From the NCBI RefSeq assembly GCF_001644705.1, contig NZ_CP015137.1, positions 1,170,001 through 1,202,000 of the forward strand: 32,000 bases of DNA, given 5' to 3'. Shown in pieces: positions 9,298-17,459 of this stretch. Positions within the stretch are counted from its first letter, which is position 1. Each line of letters starts with the position of its first letter. A program made the position numbers and the translations under genes. The notes beneath the pieces were generated by a model. That model was given only the letters and a program-made list of their open reading frames with translations. It had not been told where the DNA came from and ran no database searches. The stretch comes from Dickeya solani IPO 2222 (GTDB lineage: Bacteria > Pseudomonadota > Gammaproteobacteria > Enterobacterales > Enterobacteriaceae).

Positions 9298-10005
9298 ATG
9301 ATGAAAATACAACCGACCGCCGTCGCCCAGATTGCCGATGCGCTGATCGAACGGATTCGCCAGGGCGAATTCGCCAGTGGGCGGCTGCCGTCCGAGCGGG
9401 CGCTCAGCGAGCAGTTTTCCACCACCCGCATTACCCTGCGCGAAGCGCTCACCTTGCTGGAATCGCAGGGCATCATTTATCGGGAACTGCGGCGCGGTTG
9501 GTTCATCTCACCGCCGCGGCTTAGCTATAATCCGCTGCACAGAAGTCACTTTCATGAAATGGCGGAAAAACAGGGGCGTAAAGCCGCCACCGAGGTGCTG
9601 GACGCCGGCGTCGTCGCGGCGAACGCAGCGATCGCCCGTCATCTGGAACTGGAGGAAGGCGCGGATATCTACCGTATCCGCCGTTTGCGGCGCCTCGACG
9701 GGCGCGCGGTGCTGTACGTGGAACACTATTTGAACCCAGCCTGGTTTCCGGATTTACTGCGCAGCGACCTGACGCGCTCGCTCACCCAGCTTTACCAGTC
9801 GCAATACGACATTCGTTACGGCCGGGTACGTTTTACCATGCTGCCGACGCCGCTGCCGCCGGTCGCCGCCCCGGCGCTAAAACTCGCGCCCGGCAGCCCG
9901 GCGCTGTTCATCACCCGCATTAACCGCGATCAGCACGACCGCATCATCGACTGCGACTGCGAGTACTGGCGCTACGACGCGCTGTATATTGATGTGGAAG
10001 CGTGA
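9298..10005 (+). CDS. GntR-family regulator, HutC subfamily (wHTH plus UTRA effector domain)
   Basis: The N-terminus has the GntR HTH (LPSERALSEQFSTTRITLREALTLLESQGIIYR). The C-terminal roughly 150 aa looks UTRA-like. The gene is divergent from the ABC operon. Confidence 0.85.
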   Translation: MMKIQPTAVAQIADALIERIRQGEFASGRLPSERALSEQFSTTRITLREALTLLESQGIIYRELRRGWFISPPRLSYNPLHRSHFHEMAEKQGRKAATEVLDAGVVAANAAIARHLELEEGADIYRIRRLRRLDGRAVLYVEHYLNPAWFPDLLRSDLTRSLTQLYQSQYDIRYGRVRFTMLPTPLPPVAAPALKLAPGSPALFITRINRDQHDRIIDCDCEYWRYDALYIDVEA

Positions 10006-10068
10006 CGGCCTGCCAGAACTAGAGCAGGCGCGAGAACTCATCAGACGGAAAACTCATCAGACAGAAAA

Positions 10069-10525
10069 CTACAGCAGGCGGGAATCGAAATAGAACGGGA
10101 CTACCTGCAGCGTGGATAGCACCTGCTGCGCCTCTGGGTGTTCAGGGTTGAACAGCGCGTTCCATTCGCCGGTCAGCGTGCTGGGCACCTTCAGCACCAG
10201 ACTGACGCGCGACGCCAGCCACTCATCGCCGATCTGCCGGGTGGCGTCCGGCGGCGGATCCTGTTGCCAGTCAGCGGGCAACGCGTCCCGACTTAACTCC
10301 ATCACCAGCGTATCGGGCACCTCCACCGATAGCAGCGAAAACGCCGGCAGCATAGCCACGTCCCAGATGTACCAGCGTCTCCAGCAGGCACAACGCAATG
10401 GTGCCGCCCAGATAAACGCAGGGAACGCCCTTGCTGTTCCAACGCCCGCCGTACAGTTTCGCGCCCGCGCCATCAAACGCCTGTGACACAAACGTCTGCT
10501 TCACCAATCGGTAAAACGTCGCCAT
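10069..10525 (-). pseudogene. RES-domain toxin gene disrupted by a +1 frameshift
   Basis: The N-terminal part (MATFYRLV..GGRWNSKG..LLETLVHL) is in one frame and the C-terminal part (DVAMLPAFSLLSVEVPD..LKVPSTLTGEWNALFNPEH) is in another. The span is 457 nt, which is 152 codons plus 1 nt. The frames switch at the run CTGGGAC (CCC at 10362-10364 on the + strand). The ATG overlaps the antitoxin stop codon (TGATG). Confidence 0.8.
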
Positions 10526-10977
10526 CAACTGATGACGCCGTGGCCGATGCGGCCAATCAGATCCAGCACCGCTTCGGTGCCGGCCGGGGTTTTCAGCATC
10601 GCGGCCGGCGGTTGCCCACCCAGCGCCTTCGCCGGTTGATTCAGCCAATCGACCGCTTTGACATAATCGCGATCGAACAGCCGGGCGGCGGCGTCCAGCA
10701 CCCGGACGCTGGCGTAAATTCTGGCGCCCTGCTCCACCGACCAGGTTTTCTCCGGATGCTTGAGCCGGCGATGGTAAGTGCTGCGATCGACGCCGACCAG
10801 CCGCAACAAATAGCCTTCATCCAGTTGCGCCTTATTGGCGGCCTCACGGATGATGCTGACCGGCAAACCTTCGCTGATCTGTTCATGTGCTCGCACCAGC
10901 GAGGAAGACAGGGATAGAGCGGCTAAGATTCCCTCGTGCTCCTGTACACGGACGGTCGGCGTAAACAGCGATGTCAT
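10525..10977 (-). CDS. Xre-type antitoxin of RES toxins (DUF2384/ParS-like)
   Basis: The 150-aa product has the characteristic C-terminus (AVDWLNQPAKALGGQPPAAMLKTPAGTEAVLDLIGRIGHGV). The RBS is GGAGG. The gene is coupled to the RES ORF. Confidence 0.85.
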   Translation of the reverse strand: MTSLFTPTVRVQEHEGILAALSLSSSLVRAHEQISEGLPVSIIREAANKAQLDEGYLLRLVGVDRSTYHRRLKHPEKTWSVEQGARIYASVRVLDAAARLFDRDYVKAVDWLNQPAKALGGQPPAAMLKTPAGTEAVLDLIGRIGHGVIS

Positions 10978-10995
10978 GATCCCCTCCTGATCGGT

Positions 10996-11027
10996 TGCGG
11001 CTGCAACATCAGTTTATTGCAGCCGCA
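10996..11027. promoter_or_regulatory. perfect 11-bp inverted repeat upstream of the antitoxin (candidate autoregulatory operator)
   Basis: TGCGGCTGCAA-N10-TTGCAGCCGCA lies 19-50 nt upstream of the antitoxin ATG. Confidence 0.45.
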
Positions 11028-11125
11028 CAAAAAACGCAAAATCCGCCGCCAATCTCCCCAAAGCCAGCAAATCACGCTACTATGACGCCCCTTTATTTTC
11101 TGTCAGGCAGTGAGTTCGTATCGTG

Positions 11126-12139
11126 ATGAGTCCAGCCCCAACCGCTTTCGCCGCCGGCGTGTCCCAGACCTTCTGGCACGGCCGCTTCAGCGTTGCCCCC
11201 ATGTTGGATTGGACGGACCGCCATTGCCGCTACTTTCACCGGCTGCTGAGTCACAACGCGCTGTTGTACACCGAGATGGTGACCACCGGAGCGATTTTGC
11301 ACGGTAAGGGCGACTATCTGGCCTACAGCGACGACGAGCATCCGCTGGCGTTGCAGCTCGGCGGCAGCGACCCGGCGGCGCTGGCGCAGTGCGCCGTGCT
11401 GGCGGAACAGCGCGGCTATGACGAAATCAACCTCAACGTCGGCTGCCCGTCCGACCGCGTGCAAAACGGCCGTTTCGGCGCCTGCCTGATGGCGGAAGCG
11501 CAACTGGTGGCGGACTGCGTAACAGCGATGCGCGAACGCGTCAGCATTCCGGTGACGGTCAAAACCCGCATCGGCATCGACGATCAGGACAGCTACGCGT
11601 TTCTGTGCGATTTCATCCGCACCGTCTCCGAACAGGGCGGCTGCGATACCTTCATCGTACACGCCCGCAAAGCCTGGCTGTCCGGCCTTAGCCCGAAAGA
11701 AAACCGCGAGATCCCGCCGCTGGACTACCCGCGCGTCTACCAGCTCAAGCGTGATTTCCCGTCGCTAACGCTGGCTATTAACGGCGGCGTCAAAACGCTG
11801 GCCGAGGCGCAGCAGCATCTGCAACACGTGGATGGCGTGATGGTGGGCCGCGAGGCCTATCAAAACCCCGGTATGCTGGCGCAGGTCGATCGCGAGCTGT
11901 TTGGCGCGGACTCGGCTGCGCCGGATCAGGCCAGCGTGGTACAGGCAATGTACCCGTATATCGAGCACGAACTTTCCGCCGGCGCATCATTAGGCCACAT
12001 TACCCGCCATATGCTCGGCCTGTTTCAGGGCCTGCCCGGCGCTCGCCAGTGGCGGCGTTACCTGAGCGAAAATGCCCATAAACCCGGTGCGGATGCCGCC
12101 GTGGTGGAACGCGCGCTGGCGCTGGTTAAATTGGCCTAA
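11126..12139 (+). CDS. dusA: tRNA-dihydrouridine(20/20a) synthase
   Basis: The product is collinear with E. coli DusA ([81 protein letters not shown]). The start is ambiguous between GTG 11123 and ATG 11126. Confidence 0.95.
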   Translation: MSPAPTAFAAGVSQTFWHGRFSVAPMLDWTDRHCRYFHRLLSHNALLYTEMVTTGAILHGKGDYLAYSDDEHPLALQLGGSDPAALAQCAVLAEQRGYDEINLNVGCPSDRVQNGRFGACLMAEAQLVADCVTAMRERVSIPVTVKTRIGIDDQDSYAFLCDFIRTVSEQGGCDTFIVHARKAWLSGLSPKENREIPPLDYPRVYQLKRDFPSLTLAINGGVKTLAEAQQHLQHVDGVMVGREAYQNPGMLAQVDRELFGADSAAPDQASVVQAMYPYIEHELSAGASLGHITRHMLGLFQGLPGARQWRRYLSENAHKPGADAAVVERALALVKLA

Positions 12140-12166
12140 AAAAAACCAATTATTGGTCTTTTTGAC
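12139..12166 (+). terminator. AT-rich hairpin after dusA
   Basis: AAAAAAAACCAAT-TATTGGTCTTTTT begins at the dusA stop codon. The A-run and T-run on either side suggest a bidirectional terminator. Confidence 0.45.
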
Positions 12167-12230
12167 CAATGCGTTATCTCCTCCTTCCTGACCGTCGCTG
12201 ATAAATCAATAAGTTATCAGCGGCGCATTC

Positions 12231-12246
12231 TGGCACGGTTCTTGTA
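12231..12246 (+). promoter_or_regulatory. sigma-54 (-24/-12) promoter for pspG
   Basis: TGGCAC-GGTTC-TTGT fits the consensus TGGCAC-N5-TTGC with one mismatch. It lies 85 nt upstream of the pspG ATG. In E. coli, pspG is sigma-54/PspF dependent. Confidence 0.6.
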
Positions 12247-12330
12247 ATACAGTTCTTGTCATAGTGATGTAGCACGCAGAACGATATTTTCCCCTGCGCA
12301 AGATACGGTTTAACGGCTAAGGAGCACACC

Positions 12331-12606
12331 ATGTTGGAAATTTTCTTCGTTATTGGCTTTTTTATCATGCTGCTGGTCACCGGCGTGTCGCTGCTGGGGG
12401 TGATGGCGGCGTTGTTTGTCGCGGCTCTGGTTATGCTGATTGGCGGGCTGTTTGCCGTGGCGATAAAAGTGCTGCCGTGGTTGCTGTTGGCCATCGTGGT
12501 GGTGTGGATGTGGCGCCGGTTTCAGGGCCGACCGGTAGCCAATATGCACCGCTACACCTACCGTAAAAAAGATGCCTGGCGTCACCGCCGGGGTAACGGG
12601 TGGTAA
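12331..12606 (+). CDS. pspG: phage shock protein G
   Basis: The sequence MLEIFFVIGFFIMLLVTGVSLLG..LPWLLLAIVVVW closely matches E. coli PspG. The RBS is TAAGGAG. The gene follows dusA as in E. coli. Confidence 0.9.
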   Translation: MLEIFFVIGFFIMLLVTGVSLLGVMAALFVAALVMLIGGLFAVAIKVLPWLLLAIVVVWMWRRFQGRPVANMHRYTYRKKDAWRHRRGNGW

Positions 12607-12624
12607 CGCCTGAAAAGTGACAAA

Positions 12625-12828
12625 TCAGAATGAAATACAGACATGGCAAGCTATGCCGTGCCTGATGCAAAATTGTGCGCCAGCAGATATTTTTTCCTTA
12701 TCGTGGCTGCTAGGATGTCGCTCACTGCCTGGTTCTCCCCTTTCCATTAAGGCGCGAGCCAGGCGCACGATTTCATCATCGTCAGGAAAATAATAGCTGC
12801 CCAGCGGCACCTTCATGGCGAGCACCAC
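12625..12828 (-). CDS. hypothetical small ORF downstream of the P450 (doubtful)
   Basis: It is on the same strand as the P450 and begins 6 nt after the previous small ORF. No clear RBS is present, it has a GTG start (with an internal ATG at 12816), and I recognise no family. Confidence 0.2.
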   Translation of the reverse strand: MVLAMKVPLGSYYFPDDDEIVRLARALMERGEPGSERHPSSHDKEKISAGAQFCIRHGIACHVCISF

Positions 12829-12834
12829 TGTACC

Positions 12835-13023
12835 CTACATACAGTTGATGAAATTAGCGTAATGGCAAAAGCCGTCCTGTGGAATAATGCCGACTCGTCG
12901 AGGGTCGGTATTATTACCCGGTTCTATCGCACCGCAGAGAAATCCCCCAGCCGTCACGACGTCTCCCTCGCCTGTCAGGGCAGCGCCATCTATCAAAAAC
13001 GCGGCGGCTTGATGCTGCACCAT
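12835..13023 (-). CDS. hypothetical 62-aa ORF translationally coupled to the P450
   Basis: Its ATG at 13023 overlaps the P450 TGA stop by 1 nt (TGATG). The product is MVQHQAAAFLIDGAALTGEGDVVTAGGFLCGAIEPG..GFCHYANFINCM. I recognise no family. Confidence 0.3.
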   Translation of the reverse strand: MVQHQAAAFLIDGAALTGEGDVVTAGGFLCGAIEPGNNTDPRRVGIIPQDGFCHYANFINCM

Positions 13024-14429
13024 CAAGCCTCATGTTGGGCTATATCGGGTTGACGCTGTTTATGTAGCCTCACGCGAAAACCGGTCGGGGTCACCGTGAA
13101 GGCAAAGCTTTCAATAACGTCCGACGCAGGTTGTTGCGCTTCAACACGAAATCCGCTGCACAGCGCGTGAAACCCCAGTTTGATTTCCATTAATGCCAGC
13201 GATCGTCCGGGGCACATGCGCGGCCCCCCGCCAAAGGGCTGAAGGTCGGAAAAAGACGCCTGCCCGCGCTCAAGCCACCGTTCAGGCATGAAATCACTCG
13301 GTTGGTGAAATAAAGTCTCTTCAAATCCGCTCGCGTGCAGCATCATCAACAGGGGCGTTCCCTTCTTGATAAGGAAACCGGCAATGACGGTGTCCTTAAC
13401 AGGCTCAAGATACAGCAGCGGAGCCACCGGTTTAAGCCGCATGGACTCATACATCACGGCGGTGAGCAACGGCATACGGGGCAAGGGCCACGGCAGACCG
13501 CGCCCTGAACCCTCAGCAACCTGACTGCACTCATCAACGACTTGCTCTTCCATCGAGGGTGAAGAGCAAAGCAGAAAACTCATCCAGGCAAGCGTATTCG
13601 CGGTCGTGTCTTCCCCCGCCAGCAATAGCGTAAATGCATTGGCCAGAATGTCTGCATCCGTCAGCGTCCCGTCTTTTTGCTGCTCGGCGAGCATGATTTG
13701 CAGCATATTTTCAGGAGTATCCAGTAGCAGAGGGTTCTGCCGGATTCGCTCCCGCTGATGATCAATAAAGCCGTTAAGGTGGTCGTAAATCAGGCTCAGG
13801 CTGGCGTCAAATTGCTTATCCCGCGCCCTCTTGATGTAACGCCACAAAGGAATGGGAGAACCGCAGCGTTCATTAATCACAGGAAACATGCGGCGTAGAC
13901 TTTGCGATAGCGGATTCTCCCCTTGCTCAAGGGTATTGATATCCTCGCCAAAGGCTAACAGCGACGTGATATCTACCGTATATCGCTTAAATTCCTCCAC
14001 CAGAGACACCACCTCCCCGGTTTCAGCCAATATCGAGAAACGTTCGGATAAACGGGCGGTAACCTTCCTGAGGCTGGGATAGAAATACTTCAGATGTGCA
14101 GGCTGAAACATCGGCTCCGTCAGTTTTCGCTGATGCATCCACCGTGCGCCCTCTGATGAGAAAACACCGTTCAATCCGACTTCCTGGAACACGGATTCAA
14201 TACTGCTTCTACGCCGAAACTCATCGGGACGGGCCTTCATTATGGTGCGAATCCATTCTGAATCGGCGATCACCATCGCCGACGCCAACCCCAGTCTTAA
14301 CCGGTAAAAAGGGCCATAGCGTTCCTTCCATTGCAACAACTGTAAGTGGACGTCATGCCGTTTTAAATAGTGCACATGTCCGAGGACGCCCCTGGCGGGC
14401 GGCATTGGCAGCTGTTTGATCGATCTCAT
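13023..14429 (-). CDS. cytochrome P450 monooxygenase
   Basis: The heme-thiolate loop is FGGGPRMCPGRSLA, the I-helix is LLLAGEDTTANTL, the K-helix ExxR is YESMRLKP, and PERW is present. I chose the ATG at 14429 (MRSIKQLPMPPARGVLGH, with AAGGAAGG upstream). The alternative start at 14519 would add 30 aa. Confidence 0.9.
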   Translation of the reverse strand: MRSIKQLPMPPARGVLGHVHYLKRHDVHLQLLQWKERYGPFYRLRLGLASAMVIADSEWIRTIMKARPDEFRRRSSIESVFQEVGLNGVFSSEGARWMHQRKLTEPMFQPAHLKYFYPSLRKVTARLSERFSILAETGEVVSLVEEFKRYTVDITSLLAFGEDINTLEQGENPLSQSLRRMFPVINERCGSPIPLWRYIKRARDKQFDASLSLIYDHLNGFIDHQRERIRQNPLLLDTPENMLQIMLAEQQKDGTLTDADILANAFTLLLAGEDTTANTLAWMSFLLCSSPSMEEQVVDECSQVAEGSGRGLPWPLPRMPLLTAVMYESMRLKPVAPLLYLEPVKDTVIAGFLIKKGTPLLMMLHASGFEETLFHQPSDFMPERWLERGQASFSDLQPFGGGPRMCPGRSLALMEIKLGFHALCSGFRVEAQQPASDVIESFAFTVTPTGFRVRLHKQRQPDIAQHEA

Positions 14430-14537
14430 ACGCGATACCCTTCCTTGCTCAGGTGATAAATGACCGGCGAAAAAGCAACTGTCGTGATCCCGAAGAGATA
14501 AGGAGATAAGGAATGGCAAGCAATGGCGCTGAAAATT

Positions 14538-14582
14538 ATGATGCTAAAAACTATGACACTAAAAACTACCTTACTAAAAAAT
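14538..14582. repeat. three tandem 15-nt units upstream of the P450
   Basis: The units are ATGATGCTAAAAACT, ATGACACTAAAAACT and ACCTTACTAAAAAAT. Confidence 0.7.
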
Positions 14583-14795
14583 AATGAAATTGTGCTTAAG
14601 CCCGGTTTACCGGGGCATGGTTTACGACGTTGTAGTTTATGACATTATAAAAAAAGCACGGCACAGAAGTCTGATCGCGTCTGAATCCACGCCCAGTCAC
14701 ATCCTACCGATCGGCAGATTAAAAAATAAACATTCCTTTGTGGCTTTTTTGTTAATAAGTAATACACCGGCAGGGGGAAAGGAGAAGGTTTGGCG

Positions 14796-14832
14796 GGTGC
14801 CTTCCCCCGTCTTTTCACTCGGGGAAGGCACC
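14796..14832 (-). terminator. 12-bp perfect hairpin after qor
   Basis: GGTGCCTTCCCC-N13-GGGGAAGGCACC lies about 25 nt past the qor stop codon. It has no clear U-tract. Confidence 0.5.
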
Positions 14833-14855
14833 TGTTCTGGCAGAGCACAGGTTAC

Positions 14856-15857
14856 TTAGCCATGAGAGCCGGAAGCGGGAATCAACAGGCATGACCCCTG
14901 CGTACTGCGGCTTTCCAGCGCGCGATGGGCGGACTGGGCGTCTTCCAGCGCAAACTTCTGGCTGTCCGGCACATCCACCTTGATGGCGCCGCTGGCGATC
15001 AGCGTGAACAGTTCACGGCTGGCCTGCTCCAGCTCCTGACGGGTAGTAATGTAACTGAACAGCGAGGGTCGGGTGACGTACAGCGACCCTTTCTGATTGA
15101 GGATGCCGAGATTCACCCCGGTCACCGGACCGGAAGCGTTGCCGAAACTGACCATCAGCCCGCGCCGCTTCAGGCAGTTGAGCGAGGCTTCCCAGGTATC
15201 TTTCCCCACCGAGTCATACACCACCGAGACTTTTTCTTCGTGGGTCAGCTCCAGCACCCGATGGACGATGTCTTCCTTGCGGTAGTTAATGGTGGCCCAG
15301 GCGCCCGCCTGTTTTGCCAGTTCCGCTTTATGATCAGAACCGACAGTGCCGATCAATTTCGCGCCCAGCGCTTTGGCCCACTGGCAAGCAATCAACCCGA
15401 CGCCGCCGGCGGCCGCGTGGAACAGAAACACCTCGCCCGGCTTCACGTCATAGGTTTGGCGCAGCAGGTAATACACCGTCAATCCCTTCAGGAATGAGGC
15501 CGCTGCCTGCTCGAAGCTGATGTCATCCGGCAGCAGCGCGACCTTGTCCGCCGGCACGTTATGCCGTTCGCTGTAGGCACCCAGCGCCGACTGGGCGTAC
15601 ACCACGCGGTCGCCTACCTTGAGATGTTTCACGTTTGCCCCGGCTTTCACCACCACTCCGGCCGCTTCGGTACCCAGACCGGAGGGAAACGACGGCGGCG
15701 AATACAGCCCGGAACGAAAATAGGTGTCGATAAAGTTAATACCGATGGCGCGGTTTTCCACCTGAACGTCGTTAAGACCCGGCTCGCGCGGCGTGTAATC
15801 CACATATTCCAGCACCCCCGGCCCGCCGTGGTCGCTGAACTGAATACGTTTTGCCAT
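14856..15857 (-). CDS. qor: NADPH:quinone oxidoreductase (zeta-crystallin family)
   Basis: The product is collinear with E. coli Qor (VENRAIGINFIDTYFRSGLY, FHAAAGGVGLIACQWAKALGAKLIGTVG, LMVSFGNASGPVTGVNLGILNQKGSLYVTRPSL). The gene is divergent from dnaB as in E. coli. Confidence 0.93.
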   Translation of the reverse strand: MAKRIQFSDHGGPGVLEYVDYTPREPGLNDVQVENRAIGINFIDTYFRSGLYSPPSFPSGLGTEAAGVVVKAGANVKHLKVGDRVVYAQSALGAYSERHNVPADKVALLPDDISFEQAAASFLKGLTVYYLLRQTYDVKPGEVFLFHAAAGGVGLIACQWAKALGAKLIGTVGSDHKAELAKQAGAWATINYRKEDIVHRVLELTHEEKVSVVYDSVGKDTWEASLNCLKRRGLMVSFGNASGPVTGVNLGILNQKGSLYVTRPSLFSYITTRQELEQASRELFTLIASGAIKVDVPDSQKFALEDAQSAHRALESRSTQGSCLLIPASGSHG

Positions 15858-15979
15858 GATGATCTCCTCGCTCTATCGTGTATGCCCGGTGATGTCATCG
15901 GACAATATGTCATTCCTGAGTTTAGGATATACAATGCTCCCACCCCTAAAGGTAAATCAACCGGTAAAGAACGCGTTTC

Positions 15980-17386
15980 ATGGCAGAAAAAAAACCAACC
16001 ACTAAATCGGCAGAATCCCGCGACCGTCAGGTAGAAGGGCTAAAACTTCCGCCCCATTCCATCGAAGCGGAACAGTCGGTGCTAGGGGGGCTGATGCTCG
16101 ACAACGAGCGTTGGGACAACGTCGCCGAGCGCGTCTCCGCCAACGACTTTTTCAACCGCGCCCACCGGCTGATCTTTAACGAGATGCAGCGCCTACTGGA
16201 AATGAGCAAGCCCATTGACCTGATCACCTTGTCAGAGTCGCTGGAGCAGAAAGGCGAGCTGGAGTCCGCCGGTGGTTTCGCCTATCTGGCGGAACTGGCG
16301 AAAAACACCCCCAGCGCCGCCAATATCGGCGCGTATGCCGACATCGTGCGCGAACGTGCAGTAGTGCGCGAAATGATCGCCGTCGCCAACGAAATCGCCG
16401 ACGCCGGTTACGACCCACAGGGCCGCAGCAGCGAAGACCTGCTGGATCTGGCCGAATCGCGCGTGTTTCAGATAGCGGAAAACCGCGCCAGCAAGGATGA
16501 AGGCCCCAAAAGCATCGACCGCATTCTGGAAGACACCGTCTCGCGCATCGAACAGCTTTATCAGCGCCCGCACGACGGCGTCACCGGCGTATCCAGCGGC
16601 TATCAGGATCTGGACAAAAAGACCGCCGGTTTGCAGAAATCGGATCTGATCATCGTGGCGGCGCGTCCCTCAATGGGGAAAACCACCTTCGCCATGAACC
16701 TGTGCGAAAACGCCGCCATGACGCAGGAAAAACCGGTGCTGATCTTCAGTCTGGAAATGCCCGGCGAGCAGATCATGATGCGTATGCTGGCGTCGCTGTC
16801 GCGCGTGGACCAGACCCGCATCCGTACCGGCCAGCTCGACGATGAGGACTGGGCGCGCATCTCCAGCACCATGGGATTACTGCTGGAAAAGCGCAACATG
16901 TACATCGACGACTCCTCCGGCTTGACGCCAACCGAAGTGCGTTCCCGCTCCCGCCGGGTATTCCGCGAGCACGATGGCCTGAGCCTGATCATGATCGACT
17001 ACCTGCAGTTGATGCGGGTGCCGTCGCTGTCTGATAACCGAACGCTGGAAATCGCCGAAATTTCCCGTTCGCTCAAAGCGTTGGCAAAAGAATTGCAAGT
17101 GCCGGTCATCGCCCTGTCGCAGCTCAACCGTAGTCTGGAACAGCGCGCCGATAAACGCCCGGTTAACTCGGACCTGCGCGAATCCGGCTCCATCGAGCAG
17201 GACGCCGACCTGATCATGTTTATCTACCGTGACGAGGTGTATCACGAAAACAGCGATCTGAAAGGCATCGCTGAAATCATTATAGGGAAGCAGCGTAACG
17301 GGCCGATCGGCTCCGTGCGCCTGACCTTTAACGGGCAGTGGTCGCGTTTCGATAATTACGCCGGGCCACAATATGATGATGAATAA
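15980..17386 (+). CDS. dnaB: replicative DNA helicase
   Basis: The 468-aa product is near-identical in blocks to E. coli DnaB (PPHSIEAEQSVLGGLMLDNERWD, ARPSMGKTTFAMN, SQLNRSLEQRADKRPVNSDLRESGSIEQDADLIMFIYRDEVY). Confidence 0.98.
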   Translation: MAEKKPTTKSAESRDRQVEGLKLPPHSIEAEQSVLGGLMLDNERWDNVAERVSANDFFNRAHRLIFNEMQRLLEMSKPIDLITLSESLEQKGELESAGGFAYLAELAKNTPSAANIGAYADIVRERAVVREMIAVANEIADAGYDPQGRSSEDLLDLAESRVFQIAENRASKDEGPKSIDRILEDTVSRIEQLYQRPHDGVTGVSSGYQDLDKKTAGLQKSDLIIVAARPSMGKTTFAMNLCENAAMTQEKPVLIFSLEMPGEQIMMRMLASLSRVDQTRIRTGQLDDEDWARISSTMGLLLEKRNMYIDDSSGLTPTEVRSRSRRVFREHDGLSLIMIDYLQLMRVPSLSDNRTLEIAEISRSLKALAKELQVPVIALSQLNRSLEQRADKRPVNSDLRESGSIEQDADLIMFIYRDEVYHENSDLKGIAEIIIGKQRNGPIGSVRLTFNGQWSRFDNYAGPQYDDE

Positions 17387-17459
17387 ACCACGATGATGAA
17401 TAGATCATGATGATAAATAAATCACAGTCGATGACGAATAAACGCACTAAGGACTCAGA

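Noticed and set aside
10069-11125. Whether the TA module is the remnant of a dusA-targeting integrative island (DusA-specific integrases are an established phenomenon).
   Set aside because: There is no integrase, no duplicated dusA 5' segment and no att-like repeat in the window, so the idea is unsupported here.
14430-14519. A longer P450 start (ATG 14519), and likewise longer starts for the binding protein (9117), the permease (6332), the pheC-like gene (20040), yjbQ (30509) and the DUF1471 gene (18951).
   Set aside because: The internal starts have better Shine-Dalgarno sequences. They begin at signal peptides or conserved N-termini and avoid overlaps with neighbouring genes. The extensions look non-coding.
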